A stretch of 64,000 nt of DNA from Phycisphaeraceae bacterium (GTDB taxonomy: Bacteria > Planctomycetota > Phycisphaerae > Phycisphaerales > Phycisphaeraceae). Made by a program: the position numbers and the translations under genes. The DNA is taken from the NCBI GenBank assembly GCA_963674705.1, contig OY771506.1, positions 4,320,001-4,384,000 on the forward strand, in the 5' to 3' direction. Below are positions 41,766 through 51,258 of the stretch, one piece after another. Position 1 is the stretch's first letter, and each line of letters opens with the position of its first letter. Under the pieces are notes generated by a model that did no database searches, had not been told where the DNA came from, and saw nothing but the letters and a program-made list of their open reading frames with translations.

Positions 41766-42539
41766 CTACCGTGTTATGGTGCGGTTCTGTACTTCGTTTT
41801 TTATGTGATCGACCAGTTTGTTTTTGACTTCCTCCATCGTCGGCGCATTATCACCGAGTAACTCGTGCAAACTCGTCACGGGTCTTCCGCCCAGGCCGCA
41901 GGGGTCGATGGTTTTGAAGTGCTCGAGGTTGGTGCTGACGTTGAGGGCGAGGCCGTGCATGGTGGTGTTCTTGCGGACGCGAACGCCCATGGCGCAGAGT
42001 TTGGCCAGTCGGGTATCGGGTATCGGGATTCGGGTATCGGCCGATCCGGGTTTCCCGAGACCCGATACCCGAGACCCGAGACCCGAGGTCTCCACCCAAA
42101 CACCGGTGGCGTCGGGATCGCGTTGGCCATGGATGCCGAAGTCGGCGACGGTGTCGATGACGATCTGTTCGAGCAAGCGCATGTAGGAGCTGAGGTTCAG
42201 GGCGAGGGGGTTGAGCTTGAGGATGGGGTAGGCGACGAGTTGGCCCGGGCCGTGGTAGGTGATGTCGCCGCCGCGGTCGGTAACTTCGACCTTGATGCCG
42301 AGTTGTTTGAGGGTGTCTTCGCGGGCCAGAAGGTTGTCCCAGGCACCTTTGCGGTGGGTGATGGTGATGACGGGGTCGTGCTCGACAAGCAGCAGGCAGG
42401 CGTCAGCTCCGGGGTGGTTTCCCAGCGAGACATCCAGATTGATTTGTCGCTGGATCGCCAGGGCCTGGGCGTAGGGCATCCGGCCGAGGTCACGCACTTC
42501 CAAATTCATGCCCGGCTTGGTATCTGGCATCTGGGTCAC
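41766..42539 (-). CDS. lipB: lipoyl(octanoyl) transferase with an in-frame repeat insertion
   Basis: LLVEHDPVIT, DRGGDITYHGPGQLVAYP, KLCAMG, TMHGLALNV, IDPCG. Confidence 0.96.
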   Translation of the reverse strand: MTQMPDTKPGMNLEVRDLGRMPYAQALAIQRQINLDVSLGNHPGADACLLLVEHDPVITITHRKGAWDNLLAREDTLKQLGIKVEVTDRGGDITYHGPGQLVAYPILKLNPLALNLSSYMRLLEQIVIDTVADFGIHGQRDPDATGVWVETSGLGSRVSGLGKPGSADTRIPIPDTRLAKLCAMGVRVRKNTTMHGLALNVSTNLEHFKTIDPCGLGGRPVTSLHELLGDNAPTMEEVKNKLVDHIKNEVQNRTITR

Positions 42540-42608
42540 ACAGCTTTGGTCGGCAAATCAGGCGTCATCTGGCGAGAATCGGCTAAGTAACTATCATAAC
42601 TGACCCGG

Positions 42609-42742
42609 CCCCCCCGGAAGTACCCCCGGCCCCCGGAAGTAAATCTGGTCCCTGGAAGTGCCCCCGGAAGTGCCCCCGGAAGTGACCCCGGTCCCCGGAA
42701 GTAGTTGCTGGGACTGAACCCCGGTCTTCCGACCCGGGGCTA
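42609..42742. repeat. six CC(C/T)GGAAGT units plus a CCCCGG-TCTTCCGAC-CCGGGG hairpin
   Basis: Read directly in the lipB-lpxA divergent gap. Confidence 0.85.
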
Positions 42743-42788
42743 TTGAGGAAGGTTGTTCGTTAACAACAGGAAACTGAAAGCCACCCGC

Positions 42789-42872
42789 CCCTTCGCTTCA
42801 CTCAGGACCGGCGTTGGGATGCAAACATCAGCGATTAACGATTAGCCATTAGCAATACCATTCCCACACCCC
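42789..42872 (-). repeat. copy of the ~85-bp element with only 1-2 G-rich heptamers
   Basis: Reverse complement matches 2942-3027. Confidence 0.85.
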
Positions 42873-42889
42873 CTACCCGACCCACCACC

Positions 42890-43690
42890 TTGCCAACCAT
42901 CCACCCCACCGCTTTTGTCGATCCGCAAGCTCAACTGGCTGACGATGTGATCGTCGGGCCTTACAGCATCATCGAGGGGCGCGTGACGATCGGCGCGGGG
43001 TGTAAGCTGATCGCACACGTCTGCGTGAAAGGGCCGATCACGATCGGGCAGCGGAACCTGATCTATCCTTATGCCTGCCTGGGGTACGACCCGCAGGATC
43101 GGTCGTTCCATCCGGACACCGAGGGCGCGGGGACAGTGATCGGCAACGATAACTACATCCGTGAATCAGTCACGATCCACCGGGCGACAAAGAATCTGCC
43201 GACGCGGATTGGAGACCGAAACTACCTGATGGCCAACTCGCACATCGCGCACGACTGCGTGATCGGTAACGACTGCATGTTCGCCAACAGCGCGGTGGTT
43301 GCCGGACACGTGCAGGTGGGCGACAAAGCGATCCTGGCAGGCGGCGCGGGCGTGCAGCAGTTCTGCCGGATGGGTCGGCTGTCGATGCTGTCGGGCAACG
43401 AAGGGATCACCAAGGATTTGCCACCCTTCTGCATCGTCCATCACACCAAGCGCGTCGGCTCGCTGAACGTGATCGGGCTGCGTCGCAACGGTTACCGCGA
43501 AAGCATCAAGCATCTTCAGCAGGCGTTCGACCTGCTGTACAAGGCCGGGCTGACCACGCCGGCCGCGGCGGAACGCATCAACAAGGACCTGGGGCATGAC
43601 GCGTTGTGCGTCGAGTTCGCCGAGTTCATCCGCACAGCCGAGCGCGGCGTGACACAGTATGCGGGATCGGATGAGATGTATAGCATGTGA
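42890..43690 (+). CDS. lpxA: acyl-ACP--UDP-N-acetylglucosamine O-acyltransferase
   Basis: IHPTAFVD hexapeptide repeats, PQD, IRESVTIHRAT, HIAHDC, LNVIGLRR. Confidence 0.93.
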   Translation: MPTIHPTAFVDPQAQLADDVIVGPYSIIEGRVTIGAGCKLIAHVCVKGPITIGQRNLIYPYACLGYDPQDRSFHPDTEGAGTVIGNDNYIRESVTIHRATKNLPTRIGDRNYLMANSHIAHDCVIGNDCMFANSAVVAGHVQVGDKAILAGGAGVQQFCRMGRLSMLSGNEGITKDLPPFCIVHHTKRVGSLNVIGLRRNGYRESIKHLQQAFDLLYKAGLTTPAAAERINKDLGHDALCVEFAEFIRTAERGVTQYAGSDEMYSM

Positions 43691-43693
43691 TTG

Positions 43694-44958
43694 AACCGCG
43701 AAGTCGCGAAGAGCCGCGAAGGTTGGGAATTAGCCGGGTAAGATTCTTTTAGCCGCGAATGAATGCTAATGGACGCGAATTGAGAAAAGCATTTTAACCA
43801 CGGATGGACACGGATAAGATGGGGGAATCATGTCGTTTTATAATTGGGTGGATTTGAATACGGTCAGCGTTATTGTTGTAGTCGTTGCGCCGTCAATGCC
43901 GTGCTTGATTAAAATTCTTGTGGATCACTTGCAGACTACGCCGGATTGTGCGCCGTATGCTAAGGCTTAGCGTGTGGCTTGCTATAGCGGGATTGGGGTA
44001 TTCAGTCTGATATTGTTGGTTGTCAGCGTGGTTGTGGTGTTTGCAGTTGTTGCATTCTTGTGATGCATATCTGATGCTAAGGTGACGGAAGACGCGGCGA
44101 ACGGCGAGCAAGCTCGCCGGCTAAACGGGGGTGGACACTTCATTCTTATTTGCGTTGATTGGCGTTTATTTGCGGCTAAGTCTTTTTGGGGGCATGGCCG
44201 GATTTCCATTGACATGCACTGAATAGCTGTTTATCTTGATATGAACCCCCGATTTGGCGGAGTGCTCAGCTTCGTCTGTCCCTACGGGACACCGAGTAAG
44301 AATCGGGGATATCCGGTTGGATTTGTAACAACATGCATCAGATGGCCGTCAAATGTTGGCGTGTATTTTGATGACAGGGGCAGATATTGAACGGATGTAT
44401 AACGTGAGTTATCGTTATATACATTGATTCTGTTTTCAGTGAGTATCAGAATCTCCTTAGCAGCCGCAGGTGGACGTTGATGGACGCACATTGCTATACA
44501 TAAATGACGCGGTGAGAAAGCTCGCGTTTAAAGAGAGAAGTGATCGTGTGTTTTTATTCGCGTTGGTTGGCGTTCACTTGTGGCTGATTTTTATTTCGGG
44601 GTCAGTATGACAGAGTGTGGGGTTTAAACCGCGAAGGCGCTAAGAGCGCGAAGGTTGTGGTGTGTTGGTTAGCCGCGAATGAACGCTAATGGACGCGAAT
44701 CGGGGAGCATATTTAGCCATGGATGAACACGGATAAAGATAAACATTTCACCGCAGAGAGTGCGGAGGGCACAGAGTTAAATTGCTTGAATTGAAGTTTT
44801 TCCCGACTTCTCTGCGATCTCTGCGACCTCTGCGGTGAAGTCTGGTTTGGTGGAGATCCTAAGTCGTAAGGTGATCGGTGATCGGCGATCTGAGATCGCC
44901 TGCTAAACGGGGGAATACTTCATTCTTATTCGCGTTGATTGGCGTTTATTTGCGGCTG
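43694..44958 (+). repeat. two tandem composite repeat cassettes (43694-44178 and 44627-44958) with shared borders
   Basis: Both start AACCGCGAAG..GCGAAGGTTG / TAGCCGCGAATGAA.GCTAATGGACGCGAAT / CA.GGATG.ACACGGATAA and end GCTAAACGGGG..ACTTCATTCTTATT.GCGTTGATTGGCGTTTATTTGCGGCT. Confidence 0.88.
43830..44063 (+). pseudogene. small two-TM membrane protein ORF interrupted by an in-frame TAG (43968-43970)
   Basis: GGGGGA RBS; MSFYNWVDLNTVSVIVVVVAP...YAKA*RVACYSGIGVFSLILLVVSVVVVFAVVAFL. Confidence 0.4.
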
Positions 44959-47502
44959 ATGATTTTGCCTTAATGTCCACGACTCGATCGTGCCATCAAC
45001 GTTAACCCGGACCTGGGTCATGCCGTGTTTGGCGGTGATCAGGCGGGTGAGGGGGATGTCTTTGATGATGTCGGGCCAGGCGTCCTGGTAGAGGCGGGTT
45101 CGGCCGGAGGATTGCAGAACGATAGATGGGTTGACGGCGTGAAGCCAGGCGGGGCTGGCGTCGACGATGCTGCCGTGGTGAGGCAGGTCGGTGATGTCGG
45201 CGTTAAGGTTTTCAAGTTGCATGAGGTTGGTCATGGCTTCATCCGCGATGTCGCCGTTGAGGAGGATGCGGCGGCCGGCGGTTTGGATGGCGAGGAGGAT
45301 GGAGGTGTCGTTCGTGCGTTTGGGGTTGAAGTCTTCGGGGGGCCAGAGGATTTGCAGGTTCGTCTTGTTTGAATCGTTCAGCGATTCGGTCCAGTCGCGG
45401 CAGACGGTTTTGGGAAATAGGCCGCGATCGGTCAGGCCGTCGATGAGGAAGGATGTGGCGGTGCCGGGGTGGGCTTTGGCTTCTTCGAGCAGTTGCGGCG
45501 GGATGAAGACGCGGCCGATGTTGATGTTATCCGCGAGGTCGAGTGCGCCGCCGTAGTGGTCCATGTCTGCGTGTGAGAGGATGAGCGTGTCGATGCGCGA
45601 GACGCCCATCTGTTTGAGCGCGGGGAGGATGCTGGCTTGTGCGATGTCGAAGTATTGCTGCGAGCCACAGTCGAACATGATGGTGTGGTCGGGTAATTGC
45701 ACGAGATAGCACGAGCCGTCCCCGACGGCGAACATGGTCAGTATTGCGGCGGGCGGCTGGGGTTGTGGTTTACCGAGCCAGGAGTTGCGAGGGGTGAATT
45801 GTGTCAGGCCTGTCCATGCGATGATGATGAGGCAAGCGGCGGCGAGCGTTTTTCGGCGCTGTTTGAACGCGCCGGCGAAGACGGCGAGGATCAGCGTGGC
45901 CAGCGCGAAGGTCCATGTGATACTCGGTTGCCAGTTGAGGAAGATGGCAGCGGCGGGCCAGTCGGCGGCGTGGTCGACGAGGTTGCGCAGCGTATCGCCT
46001 AACCAGTCGAGTGGGCCGGCGAGTATGAGGCCGGCGCTTGGGAGGATGATGCCGATCAGGATCTTTAAGTAGCCGACACCAAGCACGGCGGTGATGACGG
46101 GTAAGGCCATGATCGATAGCAACACGGCCAGCGGGTTGACCATCTGGAAGTGGAACGCGACCAGCGGCATCACAACGGCAAACGCAACGATGGACACGGC
46201 CAGGTAATCGACACACCATCGGCCGATCACCCAACTGATGCTCAGGTGCCCCGGTAAGACATCCGGCTTGGGCCAGAGCCATTCGGAGACGCTCGGGACG
46301 AAGAGGATGAGCCCGGCGACGGCGGCGAAACTGAGCTGGAAGCCGGGCGAGAACAGGTCCATCGGCCGCCAGAGCAGGACGACCGCTGCGGCGAAGGCGA
46401 GGGCTTGTATGGGGCGGACCTGCCGGCCAGTTGCATAAGCGGCGCAGAAGACACCGGCCATGATCGCGGAGCGCACGATCGGGACGCGCAGCGGAACGGC
46501 CATCAGGTAGAGCGCGAGGACAACGAGCACGATCATCGCGACGCGCGGCGGGTGCGGAACGAACCAGCGTGTGATCAGCGTGACGATGCCCAGCAATATC
46601 GCCAAATGAGCACCAGAAATAGACAGCATGTGAGCGAGCCCTACTTGCCTGAAAGCAACGCGTACCTCGCTGGAAGAACTGTCTTTTCGACCGAGCAGCA
46701 TGGTTTCAAGCAGGCCGAGGGTTGGCGTGTCGTCGTCCATGCCGATGCGCAGGGAATGCAGTGCACGGTCTGCGCAGAACTGGCGGATGCTGCGTTGAGC
46801 GGTGCCGAGGCTTGGTGATGTATCGGGCAACGGTTTCCAGTTACCACGGCTGCGCAGGGTGATGCGGCCGACGATGCCGCGTTCAGCCAGATAGGCACGG
46901 TAATCAAATTCACCGAGGTTTTGCGGGCCGGCGATCGCGCTGAGCCAGCCGGTGGCTTCGATGTGTTGGCCGGGCGTGAGTTGGTCATCGGCCTGGTCGA
47001 CGCGCATCAGCAGGTCGCCTAGGGCTTGGGTCCATGCGCCATCGACTTCGATCCGGTTGACGCGCAGGACGATGCGCGTGCTTGGGGCTTCGTAGCTGAA
47101 GGGAGCGAACGCGCCGCGTTTTGGCGAGCCGGAAACCGGCGGCTCGATGAGTTCACCCTGCACGCGCGCCAGTTGCGAGGTTTCTCCGATGTAGGCGGTG
47201 AGGTTGTGATCGAACATGTAGTCACTTCGCAGGATCAGCCAAGCTGCGGCCAGACACAACAGGCAGAGCGTCGCCCAGGTTTGCACGCCGCGCTCGCTTC
47301 TGCGTCCGAGCATCCACGCAACACCGATCGCTGCAACGCATGACGCGAGCAACCATACCCAAAAGAAACTGAACAGATGCCCGAACACGATGCCCGCCAT
47401 CAGCACGGCCGTAATAGCAGTCATCGGCCCGCGCAGGGCCTCCAGCGCCCCGGGCTCGGTTGATCGGCTTGCCCCAGCGGATGTGTCTTGCAGATCAGGC
47501 AC
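44926..47502 (-). CDS. comEC: DNA internalization competence protein ComEC/Rec2
   Basis: N.GEFDY, GLAHMLSISGAH, GFQLSF, VGDG, SHADMDHYGG, PHHGS. Confidence 0.94.
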   Translation of the reverse strand: MPDLQDTSAGASRSTEPGALEALRGPMTAITAVLMAGIVFGHLFSFFWVWLLASCVAAIGVAWMLGRRSERGVQTWATLCLLCLAAAWLILRSDYMFDHNLTAYIGETSQLARVQGELIEPPVSGSPKRGAFAPFSYEAPSTRIVLRVNRIEVDGAWTQALGDLLMRVDQADDQLTPGQHIEATGWLSAIAGPQNLGEFDYRAYLAERGIVGRITLRSRGNWKPLPDTSPSLGTAQRSIRQFCADRALHSLRIGMDDDTPTLGLLETMLLGRKDSSSSEVRVAFRQVGLAHMLSISGAHLAILLGIVTLITRWFVPHPPRVAMIVLVVLALYLMAVPLRVPIVRSAIMAGVFCAAYATGRQVRPIQALAFAAAVVLLWRPMDLFSPGFQLSFAAVAGLILFVPSVSEWLWPKPDVLPGHLSISWVIGRWCVDYLAVSIVAFAVVMPLVAFHFQMVNPLAVLLSIMALPVITAVLGVGYLKILIGIILPSAGLILAGPLDWLGDTLRNLVDHAADWPAAAIFLNWQPSITWTFALATLILAVFAGAFKQRRKTLAAACLIIIAWTGLTQFTPRNSWLGKPQPQPPAAILTMFAVGDGSCYLVQLPDHTIMFDCGSQQYFDIAQASILPALKQMGVSRIDTLILSHADMDHYGGALDLADNINIGRVFIPPQLLEEAKAHPGTATSFLIDGLTDRGLFPKTVCRDWTESLNDSNKTNLQILWPPEDFNPKRTNDTSILLAIQTAGRRILLNGDIADEAMTNLMQLENLNADITDLPHHGSIVDASPAWLHAVNPSIVLQSSGRTRLYQDAWPDIIKDIPLTRLITAKHGMTQVRVNVDGTIESWTLRQNHQPQINANQRE

Positions 47503-47525
47503 GTGGGCATGATACCCGCAGTGGG

Positions 47526-49751
47526 TCAGGGGTTGTTAGTCGGGCTATCTGTTTCGGTTTCTGTCGTCGATGTGTTTTGCTGTTTTTCGATGTGCTTGCG
47601 GTCAGAGGCATACAGCAGGATGTTCATGACCAGGCCTCGGGCGGAGTCGATGTCGTAGCCGTCGATGCCCCAGTGTCGGCAGCCGAGGACACCGAGGGAG
47701 AGGTCTTCGTGCGAGGCGATGACGGCGTCACGGCCATTGACCTTGATTGAGAGCAGTCGTGGGGTGACGATCAAGCCGCGGTTGAGCGTGCTGAATCGTC
47801 GGTAGGTAACACGGCGCATATCCAGGCCGATGGGGTTGCCTGTGAGGATCGGGTGGTCGGGGGCAAGCGGTGCGGCCCGTTCACCTAACACGGCCTCGAA
47901 CTGCTTCAGGACGACGTCGGTCTGGTCGCCGCGTCCGCCGATGGTTTCGATCAGGATGGTCCCGCCTTTGCTGATGTATTGCGACAGTTCGCGCAGGTCC
48001 TTGGATGTGAGTCGATCCGCCTTGGACGAACCGAGATGGATCAGGTCCGCTTGGACTTCACCGACATGATTGATGCCGACGCCGGACATCGACAGGTCGT
48101 AGCCTGTGCGGTTGAAGAGGATGTTGGATAGCGGGAACCATGAGAGCGGTTCGAGCGGCTTATTGCCGTGGACATGGGCGCGGGCGACGCGGATGGTGCG
48201 AAGGGGTGTGCGGTTGATGCGTTCGGTGTTGAAAGCATCGAGTGGTTCGACGGTCTTGCCGCGATCGGTGACCATGGCGTAGAGGTTCGCCATGATCAAC
48301 TGAGCTTGTGATGGCTGACCGCCCTGCTGCCGTTGCAGGTCCATGCCCCAGTCGTCAGACGCCAGTACGATCAAGTCGCGTGCGCCGTTGGAAAGAATCC
48401 AGGGCCGCTTGCTTTCAGGCAGGTCCACCTGGTGGATCAATCCCAGCAGCGGGTGGTCGGCCGGAGCGCGTTTGAATTCGTATTCGGGGTAGATTGTTTT
48501 GGCAAGCGAGCGGATGGCGCCGCTGAATCCCTGGCTGTTTGAATCGGGTGTTGCAATCAGGATCCCGCCGAGGTCGAGGTAGTATTCGAGGTTGGCCGAT
48601 TCGGCAGCGCTGAAGGTCAATGACTTGTCGGAGGCGAGGTAGGCCACCGGCGCGTTGAGCCAGAGCGAAGAATCGGATTCGGCGTTGATCAGTTGCCAAC
48701 CGAGTTCGACTTCGAGTTGATCGCTCAACGTGCGGGTGAGTATGTTCAAGTCGTTGGGGCGGTTGTTCCAATCCTGATCGTAGAGTTGGACCTTGTTTGC
48801 CCAGACGGGTACCCCGCCGCGGGAAAGGAAGATGAGCGAAAAGGCGGAATCGACCAGGTCGTTATCGATTGAACCGTTGCTGTAGAGGCTATTGATGATG
48901 GACTCTGCGCCGGCGTGGAACCATTCGGTGCCGCCGAGGGTTCGGATGCCGCTGGCAAGCGCCACACGTTCGAGCCCGACGAGGTAGTAGGGTTCGTCCC
49001 TGACGGTGACGCCCTTGGCGGAGACGTATGCATCCAGCCAGGTGATGGCGCCGTTGATGGCGAAGGTCAGGTCCTTGGGCGGGGTGTCGCGAGAGCGGTA
49101 GAGGTTTTCCTGGGCGATGAGCAAGGCGGTCAGGCCGGCGGCGGTCATGGACTGGGTGGAACGGTCGCGAGCCTGGTAGCCCCATCCGCCGTCGGGATTC
49201 TGCGTATCGATGAAGTGCTGGCTGGTCTGCTGCCAAAGCCGGTTAGCGGTGGGTCCCCGGCGTTTGGAGGATTCCCACAGGCCAAGCAGGCCGTACTGCG
49301 TGACGGAGTGATCGTATCGAGGGCCGGTCCTGGGTCCGTAATCGAACAGGCCGTCGACCTGGGCCTTGAGCAGCCAACGGGCATCGTCTTCGAGCAAGGA
49401 GCGGTAATCGTCTGATAGCGCGGCCCAGCAGTGAGCGCGAAGGGAAATCGCATAGGTACCGCGCATGTCGACGGTCTTAAGATAATCGATGCCGGCCTTG
49501 ATCTTGGGTTCCTGAGCACTCATACCGCTACGCAGCAGCGCATAGACGACCAGCGCGGTTTCTCCGCCTTGGTGCCTGCTGCTTTCGCTGTACCGGGTGT
49601 CCCAACTGCCGGTGCGTGGGTCTTGCTTGGAGAGCAGATAGGTCTGGATGCGCTGGATCGCATCGAGTCGCTGCGCTTCGGTGACAGCCAGCGCGTTTTG
49701 CACGGCCAAGAGGAGGGTCAACAGAATGATCACGCCCCCGCGCATCAGCAA
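47526..49751 (-). CDS. secreted prenyltransferase/squalene-cyclase-like repeat + tandem DUF4159-like domain protein
   Basis: Signal peptide, GGETAL..YAL, DHSVTQYGLLGL, QNPDGGWGY, MTAAG; two GG.(L/I) / DHP(L/I)L repeats. Confidence 0.75.
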   Translation of the reverse strand: MLMRGGVIILLTLLLAVQNALAVTEAQRLDAIQRIQTYLLSKQDPRTGSWDTRYSESSRHQGGETALVVYALLRSGMSAQEPKIKAGIDYLKTVDMRGTYAISLRAHCWAALSDDYRSLLEDDARWLLKAQVDGLFDYGPRTGPRYDHSVTQYGLLGLWESSKRRGPTANRLWQQTSQHFIDTQNPDGGWGYQARDRSTQSMTAAGLTALLIAQENLYRSRDTPPKDLTFAINGAITWLDAYVSAKGVTVRDEPYYLVGLERVALASGIRTLGGTEWFHAGAESIINSLYSNGSIDNDLVDSAFSLIFLSRGGVPVWANKVQLYDQDWNNRPNDLNILTRTLSDQLEVELGWQLINAESDSSLWLNAPVAYLASDKSLTFSAAESANLEYYLDLGGILIATPDSNSQGFSGAIRSLAKTIYPEYEFKRAPADHPLLGLIHQVDLPESKRPWILSNGARDLIVLASDDWGMDLQRQQGGQPSQAQLIMANLYAMVTDRGKTVEPLDAFNTERINRTPLRTIRVARAHVHGNKPLEPLSWFPLSNILFNRTGYDLSMSGVGINHVGEVQADLIHLGSSKADRLTSKDLRELSQYISKGGTILIETIGGRGDQTDVVLKQFEAVLGERAAPLAPDHPILTGNPIGLDMRRVTYRRFSTLNRGLIVTPRLLSIKVNGRDAVIASHEDLSLGVLGCRHWGIDGYDIDSARGLVMNILLYASDRKHIEKQQNTSTTETETDSPTNNP

Positions 49752-49877
49752 TAATCACCTTCTCAAGTGGTATGCGAACCTGTCCGTATAGACGTACATC
49801 GTCCCAGATCTGCGGTTCGGCCAGTTTGTCTAGTTAAGTATATCGGTGCCGTGCGGATCGGCCCCGTGCGCCAACCG

Positions 49878-50741
49878 TCAGCTGGCGTTGCGTTTTTGTT
49901 CTTCATCCGAGCCGTTCTGCGTACGGCGTGTGAACTGCTTGGCGGCGATGTCCAGACGGTCGGCAACCAAACCCATGTTTTCGGGCCGCTGCGGCGCATC
50001 GGTGTGGATGCAGTCCATCACCAGACTCGACAGGGCTGGGGGCACCTCGGGATTGAGTTCTATCGGTGGCTTGCAGGAGTCTTCGGTACGCAGGCTGATA
50101 CCGGCCGCGCCCTTGGGGATGAGCGTCGGGACGTGCTTCTGGGTCAGCAGCCAGTACATGGTCGCGCCAAGGTTGAACACATCCGTCTGCGGGATGATGC
50201 TGCGGCGTTGAACCTGTTCCGGCGCGATGTAGTCGGGCGTGCCCTGAATGCGTTCCTTGACCGTGCCGATCGGGCAGCTCTGGCCGAAGTCGATGATCTT
50301 CACCTGACCGGCATCGTTGAGCATGATATTATTGGGCTTGATGTCGGCATGGACGTAGCCGGCCTTGTGCATGACGCCGAGGCCCTGGGCGACTTCCTTG
50401 CAAATTTGGCACAGCTCCGCCAGGGTTTCGGGCTGGTGCTTTTCCAGCGTGTAACCGTCCACCATTTCCATCAGGACCAGCACTTCACTGGTACGGATGA
50501 AGTTACGCTGCTTGATGAGCTTGATGCTTTTGCGAAGGGTGGGATGATCGAACTTCTGGGCAACCTCGTGCTCGAGGATGGCTTGATCCATGAAGCGTTG
50601 ATCAGAGGGGGAGGACTTGACGACTCGCTTGAGCGCGTAGAGTTCATTCTTGCCGTTTTTGACGGCATAGATCGTGCTTCGCGCCCCTACTCCCAGCGTG
50701 GCAAGGACTTCGTACCCGAGAATTTCACTGAACTCGGCCAT
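49878..50741 (-). CDS. Hanks-type Ser/Thr protein kinase (cytoplasmic, non-RD)
   Basis: YALK, HADIKPNN, IIDFG, GTPDYIAPE, DVFNLG, RP. Confidence 0.93.
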   Translation of the reverse strand: MAEFSEILGYEVLATLGVGARSTIYAVKNGKNELYALKRVVKSSPSDQRFMDQAILEHEVAQKFDHPTLRKSIKLIKQRNFIRTSEVLVLMEMVDGYTLEKHQPETLAELCQICKEVAQGLGVMHKAGYVHADIKPNNIMLNDAGQVKIIDFGQSCPIGTVKERIQGTPDYIAPEQVQRRSIIPQTDVFNLGATMYWLLTQKHVPTLIPKGAAGISLRTEDSCKPPIELNPEVPPALSSLVMDCIHTDAPQRPENMGLVADRLDIAAKQFTRRTQNGSDEEQKRNAS

Positions 50742-51206
50742 AATAACTTCGGGCCAACGGCCAGCGGCTGGCAATAGAACATGCTCAGGCCGCCCCGGCG
50801 CCCTTACCTCGCTTCAGATTGTCCGTATAAGCGAATGAAACTATGGACATTACCTTACACCAAAACGCTCTTATTTACAATGTTTGGCTATCTTTACATC
50901 GTCCGTCCACCCGGTCGACTTCAACCAAACAAATTGCTTAACCTCCCTCTAATATAGGCTTACGGGGGTTATTACCGGTCAGAAATAAAAACAAACCACC
51001 TGCCGGATCCTGCCTGATAGTCGTAACTGTGCCGCCTCCATGGCATAACGCACGATCAGTCAGTCTATTCGATTGTAGGCATACTTCCACCGCATGTTCG
51101 GGCAGATGGAGATGGGTGTTACCAATTGTGGGATCTGGGGTATGTCAAGCGTGGATCGCTGAAGCGACCACGCCATTTGGTGAGATTCCTTGAGGTATTG
51201 TCCAAT

Positions 51207-51236
51207 AAAAAAACCGACGCCTTGAAGCGTCGGTCG
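51207..51236 (-). terminator. intrinsic terminator
   Basis: Minus strand ACCGACGC-ttcaag-GCGTCGGT followed by a T run. Confidence 0.7.
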
Positions 51237-51258
51237 GTATTCGGTGATGCGTTTTGCG

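Noticed and set aside
43968..43970. Amber recoding or pyrrolysine readthrough
   Set aside because: TAG is an ordinary stop for several genes in the window and no pyl genes are present; a nonsense mutation is simpler
44282..44491. 69-aa minus-strand ORF between the cassettes
   Set aside because: Low-GC, no convincing RBS or motif; may be decayed cargo but cannot be supported as a gene
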